Shown here one piece after another: positions 19,845 through 30,864 of a DNA stretch of 64,000 nucleotides. A model generated the notes under the pieces. It ran no database searches. It was not told where the DNA came from and saw only the letters and a list, made by a program, of their open reading frames with translations. Positions within the stretch are counted from its first letter, which is position 1, and every line of letters starts with the position of its first letter. This DNA comes from Synechococcus sp. (lineage in GTDB: Bacteria > Cyanobacteriota > Cyanobacteriia > PCC-6307 > Cyanobiaceae), in NCBI GenBank assembly GCA_047284725.1, contig JBJBEO010000001.1, positions 1,048,203 to 1,112,202 of the forward strand. Reading direction: 5' to 3'. The position numbers were made by a program, and so were the translations under genes.

Positions 19845-22800
19845 ATGCCGCGGCGGTCAGATCTTCGACGCATTCTTTTGCTGGGTTCTGGTCCGATCGT
19901 GATCGGACAGGCCTGTGAGTTCGATTACTCAGGAACCCAGGCTTGCAAGGCTCTTCGCGCCGACGGTTATGAGGTGGTGTTGGTGAATTCCAACCCTGCG
20001 TCGATCATGACCGATCCGGAGCTGGCAGATCGCACCTATATCGAGCCCCTCACCCCTGAGGTGGTGACCCGCGTCATTGAGCAGGAGCGCCCTGATGCCC
20101 TCTTGCCCACCATGGGTGGACAGACGGCCCTCAACCTCGCTGTTGCCCTGGCTGAAAACGGCACCCTTGAGAAGTACGGGGTGGCGTTGATCGGTGCCGA
20201 TCTCCCCGCCATTCGCAAGGCCGAAGATCGCCAGCTGTTCAAACAGGCGATGGAGCGGATCGGCGTGAAGGTCTGTCCTTCGGGGATCGCATCCAGCCAG
20301 GAGGAGGCTCAGGCCGTGGGGGCTGCCATCGGCACGTTCCCGCGGATCATCCGGCCGGCGTTCACGCTGGGCGGTAGTGGCGGTGGCATTGCCTACAACC
20401 CCGAGGAATACGCTGCGATCTGCAAGAGCGGGCTGGAAGCCAGTCCGGTCTCGCAGATTCTGATCGAACAATCCCTGATCGGCTGGAAAGAATTCGAGCT
20501 GGAGGTGATGCGCGATCAGGTCGACAACGTCGTGATCGTCTGCAGCATTGAGAATCTCGATCCGATGGGGGTGCATACCGGTGACTCCATCACCGTGGCG
20601 CCTGCCCAGACCCTCACCGATCGGGAGTACCAGCGCCTCCGGGATCAATCGATCGCGATCATCCGTGAGATCGGTGTCGCCACCGGTGGCAGCAATATCC
20701 AGTTCGCCATCAACCCCGCCGATGGTGAGGTGGTGGTGATTGAAATGAACCCCAGGGTGAGCCGCTCCTCTGCACTGGCGAGCAAGGCCACTGGGTTTCC
20801 GATTGCCAAGATCGCCGCACGACTTGCGGTTGGCTACACCCTCGACGAAATCCTCAACGACATCACCGGCAAGACGCCTGCCTGCTTCGAGCCCACGATT
20901 GATTACGTCGTCACCAAGATTCCACGGTTCGCCTTTGAGAAATTCCGCGGTTCACCGGCGGTTCTGACAACGGCGATGAAGTCGGTGGGTGAGGCGATGG
21001 CGATTGGCCGTTGTTTTGAGGAGTCGTTTCAGAAGGCTCTGCGCTCCCTCGAGACCGGCCTGTCCGGTTGGGGCTGTGATCGACCCGATCCCCCGGTGGT
21101 CTCGGCAGAGCTGGAACGCAGCTTGCGCACCCCTTCGCCTGAGCGCATTCTCGCGGTGCGGGCCGCCATGGTGGATGGCCGCAGCGATGAGGAGATCCAC
21201 GATCTCAGTCGGATTGATCCCTGGTTTCTGGCCAAGCTGCGCACGCTAATCAACTGTGAGGCTGAGATCCTGCGTGGACGGGCGTTGAACCAGCTCAGCG
21301 CCGACGATCTGCTGCGTCTGAAACAACTGGGGTACGCCGACCGTCAGATCGCCTGGGCCACCAACACCGATGAATTGTCGGTGCGTCGCTACCGCCAGGA
21401 GAAGGGCATTGTCTCTGTCTTCAAAACAGTGGATACCTGTGCGGCGGAATTCGCTTCGTCCACTCCATATCACTATTCAACGTACGAGCGGCCGGTGTGC
21501 CGGCTCAATGCCGCGGGTGATCTTGAGCCGTTGCAGCCCGCTTCGGAAGTGCAGACGGACGATCGCCGCAAGGTAATGATTCTGGGTGGTGGGCCGAATC
21601 GGATCGGTCAGGGCATCGAATTCGATTACTGCTGCTGCCACGCGTCGTTCTCTGCTCAGGACAGGGGCTTCGCCACGGTGATGGTGAACAGCAACCCGGA
21701 AACGGTCTCCACCGACTACGACACCAGTGATCGCCTGTATTTCGAGCCCCTCACCCTTGAGGACGTGCTCAACGTGATCGAAGCGGAGCGTCCGGAGGGG
21801 GTGATTGTTCAGTTCGGCGGTCAAACCCCGCTCAAGCTGGCGTTGCCGTTGCTGCGCTGGCTCAAGAGTGACGACGGCCTTCAGACAGGCACGCGCATCC
21901 TGGGCACGTCGCCGGACTCCATCGACCGGGCTGAAGATCGTGAACAGTTCGAGGCGATCCTGCGCCAGCTCGACATCCGTCAGCCCCGCAATGGCCTGGC
22001 CCGCAGTGAAGAGGAGGCCCGTGCCGTGGCCACCCGCGTGGGGTATCCGGTGGTGGTGCGTCCTTCCTATGTGCTGGGGGGGCGTGCGATGGAGGTGGTG
22101 TTCGACGAGCAGGAACTCAACCGTTACATGGTGGAGGCCGTGCAGGTGGAGCCCGACCATCCGGTTCTGATCGACCAGTACCTGGAAAACGCCGTCGAGG
22201 TTGACGTGGATGCCCTCTGCGATCGCGAAGGGGTGGTGGTGATCGGTGGCTTGATGGAGCACATCGAGCCCGCCGGCATTCACTCCGGTGATTCAGCCTG
22301 CTGTCTCCCGGCTGTGTCGCTGGGTGATCAGGCCCTCGCGTTGATTCGACGCTGGACCGAATCCCTGGCACTGGCGTTGGAGGTGCAGGGCCTGATCAAT
22401 CTGCAGTTCGCCGTGCAGCGTGATTCGTCCGGTGCGGAGGTTGTGTACATCATCGAAGCCAATCCCCGTGCCTCTCGCACCGTGCCGTTTGTGGCCAAGG
22501 CCACCGGTGTTCCCCTTGCCCGTGTCGCCACGCGCCTGATGACGGGTGAGACGCTGCAGGAGGTGGGCCTCACCGAGGAACCCAGGCCGCCCCTCCAGGC
22601 GGTGAAGGAGGCCGTGTTGCCCTTCCGCCGTTTCCCAGGCGCTGATTCGGTGTTGGGACCTGAAATGCGCTCCACCGGGGAAGTGATGGGCTCGGCGCAA
22701 GAGTTCGGCATGGCCTACGCCAAGGCAGAGCTGGCGGCTGGCGATGCTCTGCCCACGGCGGGACGGGTGTTCCTCTCGACCCATGATCGCGATAAGCAAG

Positions 22801-23153
22801 CGCTCGTGCCCGTGGCCCGCCGCCTGATTGAGCTCGGTTTTGAACTCACCGCCACGGTTGGCACCGCCAAAGTGCTGGAACACGAAGGGCTGGCGGTGAC
22901 ATCGGTGCTGAAGGTGCACGAGGGACGACCGAACATCGAGGATCTGATCCGTTCCGGTGGGGTCCAACTGGCGATCAACACGCCCATCGGTCGCCAGGCG
23001 GCCCATGACGATCGCTACCTCCGCAGGGCCGCTCTTGATTATTCGGTGCCGACGGTCACCACCCTGGCCGGTGCACGGGCCGCAGTGGAGGCGATCGCCG
23101 CTCTGCAGGCTGAAAGTCTCTCCATCCATGCTCTGCAGGATGTCCATCCCTGA
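19845..23153 (+). CDS. carB: Carbamoyl-phosphate synthase large subunit
   Basis: MPRRSDL...[17 protein letters not shown]; duplicated ATP-grasp halves; MGS domain. Confidence 0.99.
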   Translation: MPRRSDLRRILLLGSGPIVIGQACEFDYSGTQACKALRADGYEVVLVNSNPASIMTDPELADRTYIEPLTPEVVTRVIEQERPDALLPTMGGQTALNLAVALAENGTLEKYGVALIGADLPAIRKAEDRQLFKQAMERIGVKVCPSGIASSQEEAQAVGAAIGTFPRIIRPAFTLGGSGGGIAYNPEEYAAICKSGLEASPVSQILIEQSLIGWKEFELEVMRDQVDNVVIVCSIENLDPMGVHTGDSITVAPAQTLTDREYQRLRDQSIAIIREIGVATGGSNIQFAINPADGEVVVIEMNPRVSRSSALASKATGFPIAKIAARLAVGYTLDEILNDITGKTPACFEPTIDYVVTKIPRFAFEKFRGSPAVLTTAMKSVGEAMAIGRCFEESFQKALRSLETGLSGWGCDRPDPPVVSAELERSLRTPSPERILAVRAAMVDGRSDEEIHDLSRIDPWFLAKLRTLINCEAEILRGRALNQLSADDLLRLKQLGYADRQIAWATNTDELSVRRYRQEKGIVSVFKTVDTCAAEFASSTPYHYSTYERPVCRLNAAGDLEPLQPASEVQTDDRRKVMILGGGPNRIGQGIEFDYCCCHASFSAQDRGFATVMVNSNPETVSTDYDTSDRLYFEPLTLEDVLNVIEAERPEGVIVQFGGQTPLKLALPLLRWLKSDDGLQTGTRILGTSPDSIDRAEDREQFEAILRQLDIRQPRNGLARSEEEARAVATRVGYPVVVRPSYVLGGRAMEVVFDEQELNRYMVEAVQVEPDHPVLIDQYLENAVEVDVDALCDREGVVVIGGLMEHIEPAGIHSGDSACCLPAVSLGDQALALIRRWTESLALALEVQGLINLQFAVQRDSSGAEVVYIIEANPRASRTVPFVAKATGVPLARVATRLMTGETLQEVGLTEEPRPPLQAVKEAVLPFRRFPGADSVLGPEMRSTGEVMGSAQEFGMAYAKAELAAGDALPTAGRVFLSTHDRDKQALVPVARRLIELGFELTATVGTAKVLEHEGLAVTSVLKVHEGRPNIEDLIRSGGVQLAINTPIGRQAAHDDRYLRRAALDYSVPTVTTLAGARAAVEAIAALQAESLSIHALQDVHP

Positions 23154-23179
23154 CAGGCAAGCCACTAGGGTTTCAGAGA

Positions 23180-23866
23180 TTGTTCGAGCCTTCGGTTGTG
23201 ACTCAGGCCATCACTGCCTCGATTGCCCCAGGGACTGATTGCCGTGAGGCTTTCCGCGCTGCTTACGAGAATCGCTACACCTGGGAACCCGCGTTCGCTG
23301 GCTACCGCGGGCGCTGCATCTGGCAGCAGGGAGACCGACGGGTGGAAGGCACCTTCACGGTGGGGGCTGATCTGAAAGCGTCTGTGGAGGGTGTGGATGA
23401 GGCCGAGGTGCAGAAAGCGATTGCATCACAGCTGTGGGAAGTGGCTATTCATCGGGTGCGCCGCGGTTTTGAACAGGTGCACGGCGAGAACACCTTCACC
23501 GCTGGGGACACGACGGATCAAGGTCTGGAGGTGTTGATCGGTGGCAAAGGCGAGGGCGACCGCTATCGCATCAAGGATGACGTGGTGACGATGGTGCATC
23601 GACACATCCATGGAACCGTTGTGACCATCCACACCGGCAGTACCACCGATACCGGTGCTGGCTATCTGAGCCACACCTACAGCAGTCAGTATTCCGACCC
23701 TGAAACCGGTGCTGCGCGCGGTGGGGAAAGTCAGTTTGAGGACAGCTTTGCGCCTCTCAACGACGGTGGTCCCTGGGTGCTTGAGCAGCGCGTGATCACC
23801 AGCACGGATGCAGACGGGCAGCTGGGCCGGCAAGTGTTCCAATTCGTTGATTTGGCCACCTGCTGA
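23180..23866 (+). CDS. DUF3386-family protein
   Basis: FRAAYENRYTW, LWEVAIHRVRR, HGENTF; start may be GTG 23198. Confidence 0.82.
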   Translation: MFEPSVVTQAITASIAPGTDCREAFRAAYENRYTWEPAFAGYRGRCIWQQGDRRVEGTFTVGADLKASVEGVDEAEVQKAIASQLWEVAIHRVRRGFEQVHGENTFTAGDTTDQGLEVLIGGKGEGDRYRIKDDVVTMVHRHIHGTVVTIHTGSTTDTGAGYLSHTYSSQYSDPETGAARGGESQFEDSFAPLNDGGPWVLEQRVITSTDADGQLGRQVFQFVDLATC

Positions 23867-23915
23867 GTAACCGCCATTGACGCATCGGTTTTCATGGTGG
23901 TGATTTCGACCGTCC

Positions 23916-25295
23916 TTGATGGTTTTCGCTACCACGCAATCAGGCTTTGACAGGCTGGTCACCTCCATCAACGGACCGATTAACGCGTTCGCATGGGGGT
24001 GGCCGACCGTTGGCCTGATTTCGATCACAGGAATCGTCCTGATGATCGGTCTGGGTTTCATGCCGATTCTGCGCCTCAGGTACGGCGCCAGAATCATGTT
24101 GTCAGCGCCTGAGGCGGTCGCGGAAGGCGATATTTCTCCGTTTCAGGCGTTGATGACGTCCTTGGCGGCGACGGTCGGGACGGGAAACATCGCAGGAGTC
24201 GCCGGTGCCATCGCTGTGGGTGGCCCCGGAGCTGTGTTCTGGATGTGGTTGATCGCCTTCTTCGGCATCGCTACCAAGTACGCCGAGGCGGTGTTGGCGG
24301 TTCACTACCGCGAGGTCGATGAACTCGGGAACCATGTCGGTGGTCCGATGTATTACATCGCCAAAGGCCTGGGGTCAGGCTGGGCCTGGCTTGGCGGTGT
24401 GTTTGCCCTGTTCGGCATGCTCGCTGGCTTCGGCATCGGCAATGGTGTTCAGTGCTTTGAGGTCTCCAGTGCCCTTGAAGGGCTGGGTATTCCGCGTGAG
24501 ATCACAGCCATTGTTCTTGGACTGCTCGTCTTCGCCGTCATCATCGGCGGTGTGCAGCGAATCTCCAAGGCAGCATCTGCGATTGTTCCCTTCATGGCGA
24601 TCGCCTATGTGCTGGGTTGCGTGTTTATCCTTCTCGCCAATGCGTCGAAACTGGATACCGCCATTGAACTGATCTTTTCCAATGCTTTCACCGGGAAAGC
24701 GGCTGCCACTGGCACCCTTGTGCAGGTGATTCTGATGGGCTTCAAGCGTGGCATCTTCTCGAATGAAGCCGGCCTTGGCAGTGCTCCGATTGCCCATGCA
24801 GCCGCGCGGACCAACGATCCAGTCCGTCAGGGGACCGTGGCCATGCTCGGCACCTTCATCGACACCTGGATCATCTGCACCCTGACCGCCATGGTGATTC
24901 TTGTCAGCGGGGTTTACGACGGTGGCTTGTCAGGTTCTGAACTGTCGATCGCAGCGTTCAATCAGGCGGTTCAGGGATCGGGTTGGCTGGTGACCTTCGG
25001 TCTGCTTGTGTTCGCCTTCACCACTGTTCTGGGTTGGAGTTTTTATGGCGAGCGCTGCACTGAATATCTCTTCGGTGTGAAGGCGATTCTTCCTTTCCGT
25101 GTGGTCTGGGTGTCTGTTGTGGTGATCGGTTCCCTTGTCGGCGATCGCGGTGTGGTCTGGGGCGTCGCCGATACCCTCAACGGATTGATGGCGATCCCCA
25201 ACCTGATTGGTCTGCTCTTGCTCTCCCCCGTGGTGTTCCGCCTGACTCGCGCCTACGACTTCCGATCGGCAGGCCCGACGCACTTGGACTCCTGA
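23916..25295 (+). CDS. Alanine/glycine:cation (Na+) symporter
   Basis: GTGNIAGVA, GGPGAVFWMW, GGPMYY, RGIFSNEAGLGSAPIAHA. Confidence 0.95.
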   Translation: MMVFATTQSGFDRLVTSINGPINAFAWGWPTVGLISITGIVLMIGLGFMPILRLRYGARIMLSAPEAVAEGDISPFQALMTSLAATVGTGNIAGVAGAIAVGGPGAVFWMWLIAFFGIATKYAEAVLAVHYREVDELGNHVGGPMYYIAKGLGSGWAWLGGVFALFGMLAGFGIGNGVQCFEVSSALEGLGIPREITAIVLGLLVFAVIIGGVQRISKAASAIVPFMAIAYVLGCVFILLANASKLDTAIELIFSNAFTGKAAATGTLVQVILMGFKRGIFSNEAGLGSAPIAHAAARTNDPVRQGTVAMLGTFIDTWIICTLTAMVILVSGVYDGGLSGSELSIAAFNQAVQGSGWLVTFGLLVFAFTTVLGWSFYGERCTEYLFGVKAILPFRVVWVSVVVIGSLVGDRGVVWGVADTLNGLMAIPNLIGLLLLSPVVFRLTRAYDFRSAGPTHLDS

Positions 25296-25327
25296 GGCTG
25301 GTCCGACCATCCTCCCCAAGACAGCAT

Positions 25328-25365
25328 CAAAAAAAGCCTCCTGGATTGTCCAGGAGGCTTTCTTG
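25328..25365. terminator. Bidirectional intrinsic terminator
   Basis: AAAAAAAGCCTCCTGGA-TTG-TCCAGGAGGCTTTCTT between convergent genes. Confidence 0.85.
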
Positions 25366-25415
25366 TTGGGATCCGGCGTTGCGGGGTGCTCGCGCCTCAA
25401 TCTCAACGACAAGTC

Positions 25416-25643
25416 TCAACCGGCATCAGGCAGAGGCGTGACGTTCTTCAGGCGCTCATTCAATTGTGAGGCCATCGACTGACGGCCCACGGCAAGCACC
25501 TTGAGGGTGTCTTCGTGCATGCGTAATTGGGCATCAGCCACCTGCATCCCTCGCACCAGTTCCTTCAGTTCGTTGGGAAGGGTATTGAGGTCGTAGCGCT
25601 TGCCTTCAAAGGTGAGAATCGGATTCTGTTCCTGTTCTGCCAT
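25416..25643 (-). CDS. Small coiled-coil protein (DUF6447-like)
   Basis: LTFEGKRYDLNTLP followed by a long amphipathic helix. Confidence 0.7.
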   Translation of the reverse strand: MAEQEQNPILTFEGKRYDLNTLPNELKELVRGMQVADAQLRMHEDTLKVLAVGRQSMASQLNERLKNVTPLPDAG

Positions 25644-25657
25644 GGAGCTGATGTTGA

Positions 25658-26089
25658 TCAGTTTTGCTTCGATTGAATCGTATCGTCTTTATCGTGCATT
25701 GTTGATTGCTTCGGGTCGGTTGACGCTGCTGGTTGTGGAACGGCAAGTCGCTTGAAGAAAAACATCAGCAATCCCCCCACCTGACAGGTTTCCACCAGCT
25801 CCCAGCCTTCATTGCCCAGCAGATTGAGAAAGTGCTGCAGTTGTGCAGCCGGATGTTTTTGTTGGTTGGATTGTTGTTGATACAGCTGCGGGAATTCACG
25901 TTTGATGAATTCCGGGCTGAGGGACCCCTGCAGTTTCTTGCTGGCCGCTTCCGCTGTTGCCGGTTTCGAGGGCGTGTCGTTGTTGATGTTGATGTGAACG
26001 ACGCGGTATTCCCATTGCTGCATCGGTGTGGCTGATGGCGTTGCTTCAGCCTGTGCTGGTCGGTTGGGAGGTGTTGGTTGTTCCGTCAT
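25658..26089 (-). CDS. Hypothetical protein with split DUF4177-like motif
   Basis: QWEYRVV ... LNLLGNEGWELV ... FFFKR. Confidence 0.7.
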   Translation of the reverse strand: MTEQPTPPNRPAQAEATPSATPMQQWEYRVVHININNDTPSKPATAEAASKKLQGSLSPEFIKREFPQLYQQQSNQQKHPAAQLQHFLNLLGNEGWELVETCQVGGLLMFFFKRLAVPQPAASTDPKQSTMHDKDDTIQSKQN

Positions 26090-27840
26090 GACACCCTCGC
26101 TTCAGTATTTACGCGGATGAACTGCCGTTCACACAGCTCGCGATAACGCCCGTTGTTCGCCATCAGTTGGTCGTGGCTGCCCTGTTCGCTGATGTGGCCT
26201 CGATCCAGCACGACAATCAGATCCGCTTCCTGCACTGTGGCAAGACGGTGAGCAATCACAAGCACCGTGCGCCCATGCATGGCTTGCTTCAGCCCCACCT
26301 GCACCGCTGCTTCCGCTTCAGCGTCCAGGGCACTGGTGGCTTCATCGAGGAGCAGAACGGCGGGATTGCCGAGCACGGCTCTGGCGATGGCAATGCGCTG
26401 CAGTTGGCCACCTGAGACATTGGTGCCCCGCTCCTCGAGTTGGGTGTCGTAACCCTGCGGCAACCCCATGATGAAGTCGTGGGCGTTGGCCAGTTGTGCG
26501 GCTTGGATTAGTTGGCTGTGGCTTGCCTGCCGCCCGAAGCGAATCGCCTCGGCAATGCTGCCTGAAAACACTGTGGTCCGTTGGGGCACCAGCGCCATTT
26601 GCTTGCGGAGTTCCCTGGCCTTGACCTGACTGAGATCCTTGCCATCGAGCGCAATCGTGCCCGATTGGGCGGTGTTGAAACGCAGCAGCAGCGAAAACAG
26701 GGTGCTTTTGCCTGCACCGGAGGGACCCACCAAGGCCACCACCTGCCCGGCCGCAATGCTCAGATCGATGGCGTGGAGAACGGGATCTGCGTTGTTGTAA
26801 GCGAAATTAACCTGCTCCAGCTTCAGGTTCCCCCGGGGCCGTCCAAGCGGCAGCGCCTGCACAGGGTCTGCCGGTTCCTGAGGCTCTTTCTCGATCTGTC
26901 GGAGTCGCCTCAGGGACGCCTGGCCCTGCTGGAATTCATTGAAGTTGTTAGTGACGTGGGCGATCGGATCGATCAGAACCACCAATCCTGTGAGATAGCT
27001 GCTGAGGCCGGCAATGCTGAGATCGTTGCTCTGGATCCGCCAGGCCGCGAGGCCGAGCACGGAAAAGAGACCCACCACCTCGATCATTCCCACCACGGGA
27101 TGTTGCAGGGCCACGAGGTTGTAGGAGCGGTGACGGGCCTGACGGTGTTGGTCGATTTCGTCTTCAAATCGACCCTGTAACCAGGGCTCGGCGGCAAATG
27201 CCCGCACGAGGGGCAAGCCCTCAATCGCTTCACCCAGCAGGCCGGCCAATTCGCTCACCTTCTGCTGACTGCGTTCGGTGGCCACCATCACGCGAGCACC
27301 AAAGAGGCTGATCAGCCAGATGATCACCGGTGCGAGCAGCAGGATGGAGGCGGTGAGCTTCCAGTCGAGCCAGAGCATGTAGCCCAGCACTGCCGCCAGT
27401 TGCAGCACACTCGGCACCGTGTCGTGCACTGTCTTGTAGAGCACCTCGCTGACGCGGTCGGCGTCTTCCGTGAGCCGGTAGGTGAGGTCACCGGCAGAAA
27501 GTTTCTCCAACGCCCCGAGTTCCACCGTCTGCAGACGGCTGAACAGGTTGCTGCGCAGCGTTTGGCTCACCTGGAGCGCCGGCCCTGCGAGCAGCGAATC
27601 CTGGCCGAACTGGGCCAGCTTCTGCACCGCGAAGATCAGCACCCCTTGCCCGATCAACGCCAGCACCCTTGCCAGATCCTTGGATCCAAGGGCAGGAAAC
27701 AGGTCACCCGCCAGTCGCAGCAACAGCAGGAAACTGCTCACATAGATGAGCATGCAGACGAGACCGGCGATCAGCTGGCGCAGATGGGGACGGAGCAGGG
27801 GCAACAGCCTGCGGAAGCCTGCGTCGGACGGTTTCAGCAT
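26086..27840 (-). CDS. ABC exporter, fused permease/ATPase (MsbA-like)
   Basis: TMD plus GPSGAGKS, VSGGQLQR, LLLDEATSALD, IAHRL. Confidence 0.95.
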   Translation of the reverse strand: MLKPSDAGFRRLLPLLRPHLRQLIAGLVCMLIYVSSFLLLLRLAGDLFPALGSKDLARVLALIGQGVLIFAVQKLAQFGQDSLLAGPALQVSQTLRSNLFSRLQTVELGALEKLSAGDLTYRLTEDADRVSEVLYKTVHDTVPSVLQLAAVLGYMLWLDWKLTASILLLAPVIIWLISLFGARVMVATERSQQKVSELAGLLGEAIEGLPLVRAFAAEPWLQGRFEDEIDQHRQARHRSYNLVALQHPVVGMIEVVGLFSVLGLAAWRIQSNDLSIAGLSSYLTGLVVLIDPIAHVTNNFNEFQQGQASLRRLRQIEKEPQEPADPVQALPLGRPRGNLKLEQVNFAYNNADPVLHAIDLSIAAGQVVALVGPSGAGKSTLFSLLLRFNTAQSGTIALDGKDLSQVKARELRKQMALVPQRTTVFSGSIAEAIRFGRQASHSQLIQAAQLANAHDFIMGLPQGYDTQLEERGTNVSGGQLQRIAIARAVLGNPAVLLLDEATSALDAEAEAAVQVGLKQAMHGRTVLVIAHRLATVQEADLIVVLDRGHISEQGSHDQLMANNGRYRELCERQFIRVNTEARVS

Positions 27841-27881
27841 GGCGTCACACTATCAATGGTCTCTGGTGTTCTTTCCCGCCG

Positions 27882-28064
27882 ATGCGGCTTGATCAATTCC
27901 TGAAATGGCAAGGCTGGGTGGCCACCGGAGGGGAGGCCAAGATGCGGATTCAGGCCGGCGAGGTGCACGTGAACGGAGTGGAAGAGTTGCGACGGGGCCG
28001 CCAGCTACAGATCGGTGACATCGTGGCGATGGGCGGAGATCAGGCGGACGTCACTAAGGTCTGA
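27882..28064 (+). CDS. S4-domain RNA-binding protein (YaaA/YbcJ-like)
   Basis: RLDQFLK...TGGEAK...[12 protein letters not shown]. Confidence 0.9.
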   Translation: MRLDQFLKWQGWVATGGEAKMRIQAGEVHVNGVEELRRGRQLQIGDIVAMGGDQADVTKV

Positions 28065-28125
28065 GGGCCGAACGCGCTGCCTGGACCGTAAGTTGGCTGC
28101 TGCTGACCGTCTGAGGGACTCGAGC

Positions 28126-28857
28126 GTGCACAAACCGGTGATCGCTGGCAACTGGAAGATGCACATGACCTGTGCAGAGGCCAAAGCGTGGATGGCCGCC
28201 TTCCTGCCTCTGATTGCCGAGACCCCTGACGACCGACATCTGGTGGTGGCACCGCCCTTCACGGCGATTGCAACCATGGCTGAGCAGGCGCAGGGATCCA
28301 AGCTTGAGTTGTCAAGCCAGAACGTGCACTGGGAGGGGCACGGCGCCTACACCGCTGAAATCTCCCCGGCGATGCTTCAGGAGCATGGGGTGAAGTACGC
28401 GATCGTCGGGCACAGCGAACCTCGCAAGTACTTCAGCGAAAGCGACGAGCAGATCAACCACAGGGCCAGGTCGGCTCAGTCGAGCGACCTCATTCCCATC
28501 GTCTGCGTCGGGGAGAGCGATGAACAGCGTTCCCGCGGCGAGGCTGAGCGGGTGATCCGACGTCAGGTGGAGCAGGGCCTTGAAGGCCTGGATCCCTCCA
28601 GGTTGATCGTTGCCTATGAGCCCATCTGGGCGATCGGTACGGGCAAGACCTGTGAATCCGCTGAAGCCAACCGCATCTGTGGTCTGATTCGCAGCTGGCT
28701 TGGCTCTCCTGATCTGATCATCCAGTACGGAGGCTCCGTGAAGCCAGGCAATATCGATGAACTGATGTCGATGAGCGATATCGACGGTGTGCTGGTGGGT
28801 GGAGCCTCCCTTGAAGCGGAGAGCTTCGCCCGGATCGCGAACTATCAGCCCGTCTGA
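28126..28857 (+). CDS. tpiA: Triosephosphate isomerase
   Basis: [38 protein letters not shown] start at 28126. Confidence 0.98.
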   Translation: MHKPVIAGNWKMHMTCAEAKAWMAAFLPLIAETPDDRHLVVAPPFTAIATMAEQAQGSKLELSSQNVHWEGHGAYTAEISPAMLQEHGVKYAIVGHSEPRKYFSESDEQINHRARSAQSSDLIPIVCVGESDEQRSRGEAERVIRRQVEQGLEGLDPSRLIVAYEPIWAIGTGKTCESAEANRICGLIRSWLGSPDLIIQYGGSVKPGNIDELMSMSDIDGVLVGGASLEAESFARIANYQPV

Positions 28858-28861
28858 CGAT

Positions 28862-29710
28862 GTGACCCAGCAGCATCGACCGCTCTGGCCCGATGACTGG
28901 GGGCAACGCACGGCGGTGATGGGGGTGATCAACCTCACCCCCGATTCCTTCAGCGACGGAGGCCTGTTCAACTCCCCGGAACGGGCCATGCGACAGGCGA
29001 CCCGTCAGCTCGCGGCAGGCGCTTCCATCCTTGATCTTGGGGCCCAGAGCACCCGACCGGGAGCCGATGAGGTCGGCGTTGAGGAGGAGATCGGCAGGCT
29101 GATGCCCGCCCTGGAGGCCATCAGGGCGGCCTGCCCGCAGGCGTTGATTTCTGTGGACACCTACTGGGCTGCTGTGGCCGAAGCCGCTCTGGAGGCAGGA
29201 GCGGACTGGATCAATGATGTGAGTGGCGGGCGCCGTGATCCGGCCATGCTGGCGTTGATCGCGCAGGCGGGCTGCCCGTATGTGCTGATGCACAGCCGCG
29301 GCGACAGCCAAACGATGGACGGGCTCACCGACTATGGAATGGATGTGGTGGGGGCTGTGCTGGAGGCTCTTGAGAAGGACAGTGCCCGCGCCCTGGAGGC
29401 CGGCGTGAGCCGTGATCAGCTGATCTGGGATCCAGGCCTTGGCTTCGCGAAGACAACGGAGCAGAATCTGACCCTGCTTCAGGGCCTGGAACGGTTGATC
29501 GACCCCGGGATCCCCGTTCTTGTGGGCCCGTCACGCAAGCGATTCATTGGTGCGGTGCTTGAGGAGCCGCGCGCGAAGGCCCGACTGTGGGGGACGGCAG
29601 CGGTCTGTTGCAGGGCGGTGGCGGCAGGGGCCGCCGTCCTTCGCGTTCATGACGTGGCACCGATCCGTCAGGTGGTGCAGATGGCCTCAACGCTCTGGCC
29701 CATGGGCTAG
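28862..29710 (+). CDS. folP: Dihydropteroate synthase
   Basis: MGVINLTPDSFSDGG, STRPGA, DPGLGFAK, SRKRF, LRVHDV. Confidence 0.97.
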   Translation: MTQQHRPLWPDDWGQRTAVMGVINLTPDSFSDGGLFNSPERAMRQATRQLAAGASILDLGAQSTRPGADEVGVEEEIGRLMPALEAIRAACPQALISVDTYWAAVAEAALEAGADWINDVSGGRRDPAMLALIAQAGCPYVLMHSRGDSQTMDGLTDYGMDVVGAVLEALEKDSARALEAGVSRDQLIWDPGLGFAKTTEQNLTLLQGLERLIDPGIPVLVGPSRKRFIGAVLEEPRAKARLWGTAAVCCRAVAAGAAVLRVHDVAPIRQVVQMASTLWPMG

Positions 29711-29733
29711 AACCGGAGCTCTGCAGGTCTGCG

Positions 29734-30141
29734 TTGACCACGTATCCGATTGCTTTGACCCTGCTCTACGACGGAGGCTGTCCGCTTTGCCTGCGCGAGG
29801 TGTCGTTTCTGCGACAACGGGACCGTAGGGGGCAGATTCAATTCGTGGATGTGGATGCCGCCGACTATGCCCCCGAGGACTGGGGTGGGATCACGTATCG
29901 CCAGGCGATGGCCCGCATCCATGCCATCGGCGCGGATGGAACAGTGCTGACCGACGTGGCCGTGTTCCGTGCCGCCTACCGCCTGATCGGACTGGGATGG
30001 GTCTACGCCCCAACAACCTGGCCCATGCTCGGGATGCTGGTGGACCGTATGTACGGCCTGTGGGCGACCCACCGCCTACGCCTGACAGGACGCGCTGACC
30101 TGGATCAGCTCTGTGCAGATCGCTGTTCCAGGCAACGTTGA
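29734..30141 (+). CDS. DCC-family thiol-disulfide oxidoreductase (DUF393)
   Basis: LLYDGGCPLC (DxxCxxC), RIHAI, WATHRLRLTGR. Confidence 0.88.
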   Translation: MTTYPIALTLLYDGGCPLCLREVSFLRQRDRRGQIQFVDVDAADYAPEDWGGITYRQAMARIHAIGADGTVLTDVAVFRAAYRLIGLGWVYAPTTWPMLGMLVDRMYGLWATHRLRLTGRADLDQLCADRCSRQR

Positions 30142-30157
30142 GTCTGCGACGAATGGC

Positions 30158-30841
30158 TCAAGCGCCCTGGCTTGCCTGCAGATTCCCATCCTCCGACACC
30201 ATCAGCTTCGAGAAAAAATCGGCTTGTTCGGGTTTGATGGCACCCATGGAGACGAGCACATCGCCGATGCGAGGTCTGGTGGCCATGCGCGCTTGCTTGG
30301 CTGTGGCTTCCTTGAGACTGTCTTCGTCAATCAGACCCATGGCAATCAGACGTTCTCCCAGTCGTTTGCTGTTGAACTGGTGCAGGTCTTCCGAGGACAG
30401 CCCCAGCATGAAATCGATCACCTTGTGGGGCAGACACATCTTCAGCTTCAGGAATTCACCAAAGCGTTGAGAGCCGGAGAAGGGAATGTATTCCTGTAGA
30501 AGTTCATCCAGTTCGTCCTGGCTGAGCAGCCCTGACACCACAAGTTTCTGACCTAACTCGAGTTTTTCGAAGGCCTTGTCTGGATTGTGGGCCGTGGTAT
30601 CGAGGCTGCCCTGAATCAGTTCGGGCGCACCAAAAACTTTCTGCACCCATTCATTGGCGTTGAGAAAGCTCAGCAGTTCAGTCGGCTGGGGAGACCTCTC
30701 ACCAAAGGCATCCTGAACCAGTTCTTCAACAAAGGCCACCTGAGGGGCGGAGCCGAAATAGGTGTAGCGCAGATAGGAGCCTGACCCATGGCCTGCGATC
30801 TCAACGCGTGCAGACCCGGAACGGAGTTCAATCGTCAGCAT
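30158..30841 (-). CDS. Stand-alone protein with tandem MshEN-like c-di-GMP-binding motifs
   Basis: Residues 160-183 RLGERLIAMGLIDEDSLKEATAKQ fit RLGxxLxxxGxxxxxxLxxxLxxQ except Thr for the last Leu; then RIGDVLVSMGAI; a more degenerate pair (ELGQKLVVSGLL / RFGEFL) lies at residues 95-149. Confidence 0.8.
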   Translation of the reverse strand: MLTIELRSGSARVEIAGHGSGSYLRYTYFGSAPQVAFVEELVQDAFGERSPQPTELLSFLNANEWVQKVFGAPELIQGSLDTTAHNPDKAFEKLELGQKLVVSGLLSQDELDELLQEYIPFSGSQRFGEFLKLKMCLPHKVIDFMLGLSSEDLHQFNSKRLGERLIAMGLIDEDSLKEATAKQARMATRPRIGDVLVSMGAIKPEQADFFSKLMVSEDGNLQASQGA

Positions 30842-30864
30842 TGATCGTGGCGCCGTATCAGCAC

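Noticed and set aside
23867..23915. Glycine riboswitch ahead of the alanine/glycine symporter
   Set aside because: Gap is only ~50 bp and lacks the aptamer motifs
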